Assembly (NCBI GenBank): GCA_965285935.1
Contig: CBDIWN010000008.1
Location: 806,001-870,000, forward strand
Direction of reading: 5' to 3'
From: Ophelia neglecta
Lineage: Eukaryota
DNA length: 64,000 bases
Part shown: positions 53,789 through 64,000 of the stretch, piece by piece
Position numbering within the stretch: position 1 is the stretch's first letter
Layout of the letters: each line of letters begins with the position of its first letter
Translations under genes and position numbers: made by a program
Notes under the pieces: generated by a model
What the model was told of the DNA's origin: nothing
What the model saw: the letters and a program-made list of their open reading frames with translations, nothing else
The model's database searches: none

Positions 53789-56599
53789 TTTACTTCGATA
53801 CTACATTCATTTAAGATGATTAGAATGAAGCCACTGTTCTCATGCATAGATTGTGTGTTCGCTTGCTTTGTTATAACACATTCACCCTGGTTGATTTTTG
53901 ATTCGATATTTTATTTCCTTTCAATAAGATTGGGATAATTTTTATAAGGAACTATGTATTATCACCGTTGTTATGAAGACTTTGAAGTAAACATTTCAAA
54001 TAGTACGCCATTATAGTAGTATGGGCAAATTAAAAGATTAAATTCGGTATATATTTGTAAAAGATTATATTTGTACATGGTTTATTGCTTAAATATATGT
54101 TGAAAATCTGATATAAACGTTTATACGCAGTGCCATTTGAACATTAAATTTACAAAAATCCGGGCATTCTAGAACCCATGTATTTGTTAATATTAGGAAA
54201 TTAAAAGATAGTCTGCTCTACCATGTTTTTGAGTGGGGGAGGGGGGGGGGGGTTGCAATGGCATATGCAATGGACAAAGAAACTTTTAAAGTGCATTATA
54301 ATTTTTCTGGGAAGCACTATAATAATGAATTGGATAGGGATGGGAGGCTTTGCAAGCACAATTTCAAATGAATACAAACTAATTTCTTTATTTACTACTT
54401 CTTTTTTTGTACACATTTATTTTGAGACAAGACATATTACTTAGTATTCATATAAGAAATTGTAATCAGTCCAACGTATACTGTTCAATTCTCCAACCGT
54501 ATGTAAAGTTTGAATATAAAGACAAATACAAACGCCAGAAATAAACCCATCAGGAAGTGACTGTTGCGTCTGTTTCATTTGTGATAAAGTTACTGTTACT
54601 TAGAAGTATCATATTCATTATTATATGTGCTCTGATTAATTTTTTAAATCCCATTGCTTTATCAATCATTGAGCATTAAAAAATTATTTTCGTGTTCAAT
54701 AATGCACTGTGGTTTTTTCATGTGTTTTACAACTTCTTTGTATGTTACTATCCATATCTATTACAATTATATGATTTGCCTCAACTGTGCTTGCTTCTCC
54801 TCGGCCAAAAATGTTTATTGATGTACTTTATTGCTGGAATGGCGCTTTCTATAGAGTTAATAAATAGCTTGTTTTATGTCAGATACTGTTATATTCGTCC
54901 ACAGTTATTTTCAGTCAAAAAAAACATGTTAATCGAACGTCATCGTTCGTGGAAAATAACCTTCACTAAGACCTCAGTTGATGATCCAATTTGATTAAAC
55001 TAAGTATGCTAGGCTGTTTATTATATCTTCTTCCACCTTATAGTAGGGATAAATACACGTGGTATTAGGTATTAATTGAGGCATATATTCAACCGTAAAT
55101 GAGAAAACTGATGACTGTTATATATACCATATATTTTCAATGTTCGCTTGAACTGTTACGAATGCTTGCTTCTATTTGTATTAATCATGTATAGTTCAAA
55201 TAAATGATGTGTCAAGCTTCGTTGGATTCAATATTAGTTGTACAATTTTGAAAATGAAAGCATTTATATTTTGGCAGATATTTAGTTATAGGTAGATAGA
55301 TATGATTTTATTGGACATTTGCCTCTGGCCCTTGGACAAAGATAATTATACATACAGATACATTTTGCTTCCGGTTTACACTTTACATTACAATTTCAGT
55401 TTAGTTTAATGATACATTTATTAATCTACTACATACATGTATTAACCACAGCGAGCATAGCCCAATGCACGGGCCGCAGCCTTCCGCCACAACCCCCGCG
55501 CACCACCCACAATCACTTGCCCATGAGCAGTACACGAGGGCCGTAGCAGACAACGACAAAAAATGGAGACTATAGCAAATGTCCCACTTTCAACTTGTAA
55601 ATAAAATGTCTTGAAACTTTATAGGTTAAATTCCAACACATTATCAGTTGATTCAATGGACATTTATGTAAGTAGAACACCGATAACGAAATGTTCCTTT
55701 TCGCAATTTCTAATCAGCGGTATAGACGCCTTTCGCAGGTAATCACCGTGGCTGACTGCATAGCGACCAATCTCGGCCGTACTATCACCGCCGATTGGTA
55801 GGTCTGCGAAATATATCTACATGCTCAGGCTTAATGAGATACATGCAGTATTATGACAGGATAGGCCCCTAAAGAGAATTTGCACTTTGTTTATGAATCT
55901 AAGTTTTGTACCGTATTTTTTCATTGTTGGTATATTGGCGGCGAAATGTTATTTTGAAAAATAATGAGGCCTTGGACCCCTGGACATATCTTTGGCTCAT
56001 TATACATCCTCATGATGGCTCACGACATCACTGAGACCCCCCTACCCTCGGACATGGAAAAGCGAACACCTCCCAACCCACGGACAAAAAACGGCTGCCG
56101 CCCACCACGCCTGAAGATAAATTCTGGAAAAGCCCTTATATTGAAAATGCAGCCAATCATTCTACGGTATGCCTTAATGGGGACGCCTGAAATAATTTAG
56201 TGAAAAGCGTTGGCAGTATTAGGTTGATAAGCCACAACCACCGGTTGCTAGTTTTTTAAACATTTTAGGACAACGGAGAGCTTTATTGACGTGCGGTCAA
56301 CCGGTATGGATTAGAGAAGCCTCCCAAGATAAGGAAAATATGACAATCAGTAATTTTGATCGCATAATTCAAAACATTAACGATTCGATTCAGGTTTGTT
56401 TTCAATAATTGTTTTGTACTATTACGACATTTGCAGCTCTAGTTATATTAATCCTATACATGCGTTTGGCGCCATTTTTCCTTCAGCCGTGTATTGAGCT
56501 TACGTTATAATCTATTGTCGCCATCAATGCATTGACGGAATGGCCAAGCTTTCGTTTATTTAGGGCGGGTCATCCATCTTAGGTATTGCCGCTTTGGCC

Positions 56600-57700
56600 G
56601 ACGTAGTGGTAATACCCCCACCTCCGGAAACCTGTTAAAGTCATCCATCACAACAATCAAATATTCCCCTGAAGACAACAGCCCTTTAAATCCATAGACA
56701 CCTCCTTACACAGCCTTCTGGTAAAGGGATGGGTTTAAATAGCTCAGACGGCGCTCTGACATGTAGGGGGTCACTCGGGGATGATGTAATAATTCTAGTT
56801 CAGCCTGCTAGCAAGGAGGTTACAGTACTGCATACCAATAGTCTGCACTTGAATGTGGGGCTAGACTACAGATTTGCAGCGGTTCCATGTTCATTGCGAA
56901 ACCTGTAGCTATCACACAAATGTGAAATTTACCCTCTAAAGTGTTAATCATCCCTGAAAGTTGTGTTTTGATTACTTCAACAAGCACTATGTAAGGGCTT
57001 TTAAAACATCATTCCCATGTTAAATTCCCATATGAACAGCTGAAAGTAGCCCCACTTATCCCAGCCTGACCACTGCCTTTTAATTGCAATCAGCTTTGAA
57101 GGTAAGAAAAGTGGTTGTTGGTCAGCAGTATGAAACATATCCGTTTCTGGCCCTATTGCCCCCTGCCATCGACTGCATTGTTTCACAAATGTCCCTACAC
57201 GGCTATCGATTACACGGAACCAAACGTTTTCACTGAAGAGTGTTACTGATTCTGAGTCGTCCTGCCTCTATTCACGTGACCAAATTCATCATACACCTAT
57301 CATGCACAGTTTCTGCCTGGATCCTGGATAATGTCATTGCCTTCGGAACTGATTCTTGACAAATGTATCTGAGTTATTATTCTGCTTCATAACATCTGGG
57401 TGTCTGCTCAAAACCCAGCAGAATTTGACTCACCTCTTCCTGGTTTAAAAATCAGTTTGTATACATAAGGCGTGAGTCTAACCTTCCATCGCTCTACTCT
57501 TGCTGACATTGACTTCTGGCGACTGAAGATGTTTAACAGTGGCTTGTGGTCAGTATTTATCTCAAAAAGTGAAACATAGAGATACTAAAGTAAAGTTACA
57601 CTCCCACTAATAGAACTAGCATCTGTTTTTTTTCTGCTTGCGAGTACCGACTCTCAACAATAGATATTGCTCTGTTATCATAACTGAAAACATAACTGAA
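56600..57700 (-). mobile_element. Decayed Ty3/Gypsy LTR retrotransposon pol fragment (RNase H towards integrase)
   Basis: The minus strand reads, with frameshifts, YSQAEK, then NTDHKPLLNIFSRQKSMSARV, then ERW, then an LSRHP segment. These are hallmark Gypsy RNase H motifs. Boundaries are approximate. Confidence 0.6.
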
Positions 57701-58605
57701 ACAGGTTCTAGTACAATAACCTTTGTCTATAATTAAAAAGAGTTTGTGCTTTTATCATATGTGCACATGTTACCGGCATTATCGCTCATTGGGGACAAGA
57801 CTAAAAACAAGATAACACAAATATGTAGGTACTACCGAATGTTTTTGCGTTTGAGCAATCTGAAGTAACACCCCGGACATTACTCCTGTTCTTAGCTATA
57901 AAACAAACTGATACAGCAGTTAACTTACATATTAATTTGTCTTTCGTGCACAGTGAAAATCCGCCGTACAGTTCCTGAACGTCTGACGAGAAGGAAGTAT
58001 CACTGACTAGTGTGTGTCCCTGCTCAGGCGGTTCATTGTTTCATACATATGTCTGTAGAGTAATTCATCGTTATAACCGCCCCCGCCCCCCCCCCCCCCC
58101 TCCCTCCCCACTGGGTAAGATAACATAAACCAGTCCATGTCCCAGTGTATATCTTTGATTTAATTTGCTTTAAGTTAACCCCATGGAGAACGTCTTTTAG
58201 TCCCCTTATTTGTATTGTAATGTTACATGATGTTTGTTTTCACTGCTAACAGATTATTTCCTGTTATTCATGACGAGTATCATCCCCGTCGTGTGTAAAT
58301 ACCATCCGATTGAATTAATATTGTAACAAAGGTGGTGGATAACCCATGAGACTTCCACTTCAATATAGTACACGTCTAAAAATATATAACATGGCTGCAA
58401 ACACGTAATCCTTCAGCCATAAAGTATGTTTGTTAAACGGGGTGTAGACTGGTGTATTTACTTTCAGGCGACCGCTCGGGAACCAGGAAGTAAATATCAT
58501 TATAAATATTCGTATTCAATGAAGGCATATCTGTAAGTCACTTCTATCTGGTATAGTGTTCACAATAAACACCCTTATGGAGGTGTGTGTACGTGCAATT
58601 CGATA

Positions 58606-61600
58606 ATGTCTCCTATCATTTACATTTGTTTGCTGGTCAGTTCAAGTGTTTACCGATCAAGAGTTACCGGTCAGACAGGTTAGTAGATATGTTCTTTTTA
58701 TGAACTTATTGTTATTACTCGATCCCCTTGTTGTTGGCCGCGGCATTATTAAGTATTCATAGTTGTTTTAACTTATTGTTAACCCGTAAAGTTAAACAGT
58801 GATTATTATGAAAATAGAGTCAGAAAGCATCTGAAGCACACATATGATATGGTCAGGAATGCTTTAAAAATCAGTTGCCGTCGTGGTGTTGACTATACAT
58901 GTTCTTAAGTTACAACCAAAATCGTGACATTAGCCAAAGACGACCTGTTCACGTCAGAAAGACCTGCAGAGCTTGACACATTGCTTGCCCAACATTAGTA
59001 TCTAGGTCTTATTATTTCACTATCCCACCAGTGACATTAAACGCATTGGAAGGGAAGGTATCCGTTTCCAATGAACATGATATTAAATCATCAAATCACT
59101 GCACCTGGGATCTTAAAGCTCACATTAATATCAATCTCGTATGTAAAGTTTTGTGTTGTATCCAGGGCCGGTTGCGTCCCGCAAATAGAGAACGGCGCCA
59201 GGGGGTGGGTTTGGGGAGCGGCCTTCGGAAAAGGGTGGCATAGTTGTCACTTCCCGCAAGCGAGATTTCAAAGAAGCGTTTTTATTGAAAACAAACTTAG
59301 AACGCTATCGAGAATAACGGAAGGCCTCCGTGATAAATTAAGGATATTTGACAGCTTGGATGAACTATTTTGTACAAAATGTGATAAGGTTGCTCTGACA
59401 ACCTCTAAATCTATAAAGGGTGTCTGACAATCTCTAGATCCGACAGTATAACTACTTATCGATCCGCCAGATTGCTCCAGAGGGCTCTGACAACGTCAAG
59501 GGGCCTGACTGCAGCTAGACCCGCTAGAGAACCTGGCAATCTCTAGATCCCCCACCGGACTCTTAACCAAGAGCATTAGTTCGCCTCAGAGTATTTGCAT
59601 GACTGTCGGCTATACACACAGTGCCTTGAATACACAGGATATAAGTCTCATTATATGTTTGTACTGGATGTTTAAGGAACCCCGGTTTCTATTTGAAGTA
59701 GGCAAAAGACTGCTATAAGAACCTTTCGGCTCAGAGGATTCTCTTATATTTCGGATCCCGTTTTGTACCCTACTGTGGGTTTAACATCGTGTTTGACAAA
59801 CTTCTGAATTCATATTTCATTTTGTAGGCTACCGATGAATTATTATTTTTGTCTGTCTAGCTTGAAAAATAATTATTTATAATATTGTAACACATCAGTG
59901 AATATGGAAAACCTCAGCGTGGAAATTTCTTATGGGTATAGTAAGGTAAAGGAAATCAGGGGATTGTATGGTGGTTTGTCAGTGCTTCATTTGGTATTTT
60001 TGTGCTGCGAGTTTGACCCACAATAATACCAAATGCACATAGTTCTGACCGCAAAATAATACTGTTTGCCGCATTGATGGTTTGTCAATGCTTCATTTGG
60101 TATTTTTAAAAATGATACCGTTTGCCGCATTGACCGAGGCAAAAAAAGGATCACAAATACAATTACTATTACAAGTACTAAAGCTAGTATGGCGCTTTTG
60201 ATGCTTGGAAACGAAACAAGACAAATTAATAGTTTATACTGAGTAAACGCTATTAACAAATTTATCCGAAAATGGAACGAAATTCCGCTGCGGAGGCCGA
60301 TATGAGGTTTGGAGGACGAAGGAAGAATAAAATAGCTCAGGGTTGTAGAATTTAATTGCATCTATTGCATCATATATAATTATTTTATGTATGTCATTGA
60401 TTTGAACTGTTTTATTTGAACTGATTCATGTAATACTTGGGAAGAACAATTTGCTGACAGCGTGCTTCAGGGTAAAGATAGTTGATAAAAATTGAAATAT
60501 CTGACTTTCAACGGAATTAGTTAGTGCCCTCGGATACGTTCAGCTAACAACAGGACGCTCGTCAAACGCACACAACGTTAGTAGCGCTACAATGCTGTCG
60601 TGTCAAAATATACTACTAATATGAAATTTTATAATTCGTCGATGTATTCTTCTAAACAAGTAGGTTCATGTGTCGCAGATTACGTTTGATATGTTTGGCC
60701 CACCACACTCCTCGTTGTAAATTAGTTTTTCTTTTTGGCCCGACTTTTTGGAACAAACTTTTACGAATCAAAGAAAGCCGTGGTGCCCTAAGAAAATGTT
60801 CAAGAATACTTATTTGTTTCATGTTTTTGTCGAACATCAAGTCCTACCATTTAAACGTTTCCCTTGACATTTTTCCCTCAGGTCTGTGTAGGTTTGGGAA
60901 TATTACTGGCTGTGTATTTCCCTGTCACTGTACCAACGGTTGTGATCAGACGACAGGAGATTGTATCGACGGAGGTGAATGTGAATGGGATGACCCTGCC
61001 ATCATACGGAGAGAAGGGCCTGGGTGTAAACGCGGTAAAATTTCTGTTTCTATTCATATTAAAACGGTAAAAATAGAGTATCTTTGAAAGTGTTATACTG
61101 TGTACTTAACAACTTTCATTTAACCATTACGTCATTTCCCGAAACCGTTTAACAAGCAGACACCTGGCGCACATTATCGCTAATACTAGCTAACTTTCAA
61201 GTTCTTTTTTGTGTAATATAAGATATAAACACTCCATAATTCTCATTTTAATAATATGATTTACATTTTTCTTCAACATTCAAAATATAATCAATAACTA
61301 TATGCAGTATATAATTAATATATTAGGAAATATCAGAACTACCCTGACAACGTTGAAAAGAATAAATACTATGCCATGGGGATATGTGAATTTATGAATG
61401 CACTTACGACACCTATTTATTCAATCAAAACCTAAGAGAGCCCAAACTCTAAGAACAATAACTAGAAACTTTAGGAGAATGGATAACTTTGCTAGGCGTA
61501 AAATGTCTACAAGAGCTGTGAATTGGATCTTCTGCCAATGTTGGAGACAAAGGAATGTTTGGAATCACTAGCACCAGTATATGCAAATATTGTAAATTTG

Positions 61601-64000
61601 CCATTTAAGAGTTGTACTTTTCAATATATGTTGAAGAATGCTGTGAAAAAAAACAATTTAGAAAGCTGGCGTGAGCAAAAATATAATGGCCAACTACATT
61701 TGTGATTCAAATATATCATATTTGTCTAAAGTTCTGAACAGACTGTTGCCCTGAGACTGTCTGAACATTTGGTTGTAAATGAGCTCGGAGAGACGTTCCA
61801 GACAACCTATAAACAATAACATAGTGCAGAATAATATTCATTAATTTGTTCATGTCTTTTTATATATCTCGATCTGCCAGCGGCTTTGAAACATTAATCA
61901 TTCATCTCTGCTGGATCGTATACAGCTGAGAGTATGTATATAGGAAGAGAAGCCCTCAATTGGTTTAAATCATACTTGGGTGGTCTTACCGAGAACGTTG
62001 AGATTTGTAGCGACCTGTCTTATCCTACTTTTTTTAAATGTGAGGTTTTCAACAGGGACGTATTCTAGGACATATTTTGTTTCTTATATGCACACTCCCT
62101 TTGGGGGATATTGTAAGTTTTTCTCAACGTATCCACTTTCGTCGATATGCAGATGATACACAATTATATTCCTCGCTTTGATGGTGGTTCATCTGACAGG
62201 GAAACACCATGGAATACAAAGCTAGAATTATGTATCAAAGATTAAAGGGAATGGATAGCTACAAGCTTCGGCCAAAATATTACGACCAGTTAATAGATAA
62301 TGCTGCCATTGCCATTGGAGAAACTGAAGTCATTTGGTGTAAATCAGCAAGAAGCATGAGAGCTATTTTTCAAAGAATGTGGCTCCTGATTAAGCACATT
62401 GATGGCATGTGTTCTAGTGGCTCTGTATACGTAGGAAATATGATTGTTATGGCAATGAATAAGACTGTGATATTACTATAATATAGTATATAGAGCTGTA
62501 AAAACCTATAGTGCAGGAAGAGGGCGGGTCTACACGTGTCAAACAATGTTTGCATGCCCTTTTTCCGATCCCTACCCGAACCAATAATGTCTCAACCTCT
62601 TCCCGCGTCAGACCTGGAGTGAAATGCAAATAAATATTTATGCCCTACCAGAGAAATGCTTGTATAGTATGCATCGCATACAATATGATGCTTTTAAATT
62701 TCTTGTTTTGTATTATTCTATGATTATGAGGATCGTTTTATGCATTTGCTGGTAAAGTGTATTTTCCGTTCTGTTCGCCCTTGTGGTTTACTCAATAGGT
62801 TATTCTATGATTAAATACAGCATAATAGACCAGACTGTTTTATCAGTATTTTGTATAAACAGGTAATATAGCGAAGGGAAGGCCGGCATATCAAAGTGGA
62901 CAAGTTTTCAATTTAGCCGCTGATCTGGCCGTCGATGGTAGAATCGTTACATGGGCATTTCATTGTGCACATCCTGATGCTGGGCCTGGGAAGAGAGCCT
63001 GGTGGTACGTCGATCTAGAGGATATCTACACAGTTGTTAGTGTCACCATCTTAAACAGAGAGGATTCTCCATATCATAGTAAGAAAAGAAAAAAAACGAC
63101 GGCCATATCTAAAGACAGAAATAGAATAATTATCTTAGGTGCACGATAGTAGCATCAATCACATCATTACTTATAATTGTTTTCGTCCCTCCCATGCTGT
63201 TCTCATTGGCAAAAAAATAAATTCTAAATTGTACTTTATGTGTATGCTTTTGATAGACCACCAGTACGAGTATTGCTACTTACACATCTAATATATTTTA
63301 GCATTAAAACTAATTGAAGTCCCATGAGTTGGAGTTCCCATTTAATACAGGGGTCGAAGGCAAATGTAACCTAGGCTTGTGAATAATTCCCTCTAAAACA
63401 GGATACAACTTTAATACAAAATCATTTGCGAAGCAACCATCGCAAAACTAAATATTTTGTGTCCTTGATTGTTAGCTACGGTACTGGTAAAGCAAGCTTA
63501 ACACACAATGTGAATACGTGGTGAAAAGGTAAAGAGGTATTTCCCACAACACACTGTTTTTGGTATTAAATCTTCCACTATTTTATTAGAATTCATTCTA
63601 TAAGTGTAAACTTCACCAACAAAATAGCCTGGTGAGCTACTTAAAAACATGTCAACACAACCTCGAGATAATGTACACATAGCCCTTAAGCAAAACACCA
63701 TTTGTTGATTTATAAATTAATTATCAGTCACACCCATATTCGTCTGTACAACACATGATTCAAGGTTACTGTAAGTGTCGCTCTGAGGACTATGTATTTG
63801 TATCCAGGAATACCATTTTACAGATCTTACAGCTAATTTTCGCCTTGGAGTTGGATCCGAGACAGACGGTGATTTAACAAGTCTCTGTAAGAATTATACA
63901 GGAGTCGTTCCTAGAGCAGGAAACGACACAATATATTGTGACTCGCCCCTCAGCGGCAGATACGTCACCATTATCAGAAATGCAGGCGGGTATCAAGTCC
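58606..64000 (+). CDS. Paralog E: F-type lectin receptor family member, 3'-partial (runs off the window)
   Basis: Exons 58606-58678 (signal peptide MSPIIYICLLVSSSVYRSRVTGQT), 60882-61034 (Cys-rich), 62863-63078 ([39 protein letters not shown]), 63824 to window end ([29 protein letters not shown]). Confidence 0.88.
61480..62450 (+). mobile_element. Decayed CR1/L2-clade LINE reverse transcriptase fragment in an intron of paralog E
   Basis: Frameshifted RT motifs in the correct order: LDLLP..KECLESLAPVYANIVNL..LKNAV, LSKVL..RLSEHL..FQTTY, LDL.AAF, QG.ILG.ILF, RYADDTQLY (about 62143-62170). Confidence 0.8.

Overview
This is AT-rich, intron-containing animal DNA, most likely from a lophotrochozoan or other marine invertebrate (inferred from gene and repeat content, not proven). 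The window is a head-to-tail tandem array of five paralogous genes, all on the + strand, that I reassembled from GT-AG exons. The shared layout is signal peptide, Cys-rich module, F-type lectin (fucolectin) domain split over two exons, SREC/MEGF-type EGF-like repeats, one fibronectin type III domain, and a single TM helix. Paralogs A (1664-7600, 5' end missing), B (11577-20760, extra kringle exon) and C (25417-35277) end in a short tail with NPxY-like and tandem YxxL/I/V motifs. Paralog D (40653-53788) has a longer EGF stalk and tandem protein-tyrosine-phosphatase domains (D1 catalytic motifs intact, D2 degenerate), but carries one in-frame TAA in its second lectin exon. Paralog E (58606 to window end) is cut off. 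The lectin ligand loops vary strongly between paralogs, A has lost a splice donor just before its FN3/TM exons, C looks mosaic, and several relic gene fragments and decayed transposons are present. The best candidate for an undescribed system is a paired activating/inhibitory glycan-receptor cluster evolving by birth-and-death. Exon boundaries were read by eye and need RNA-seq confirmation.
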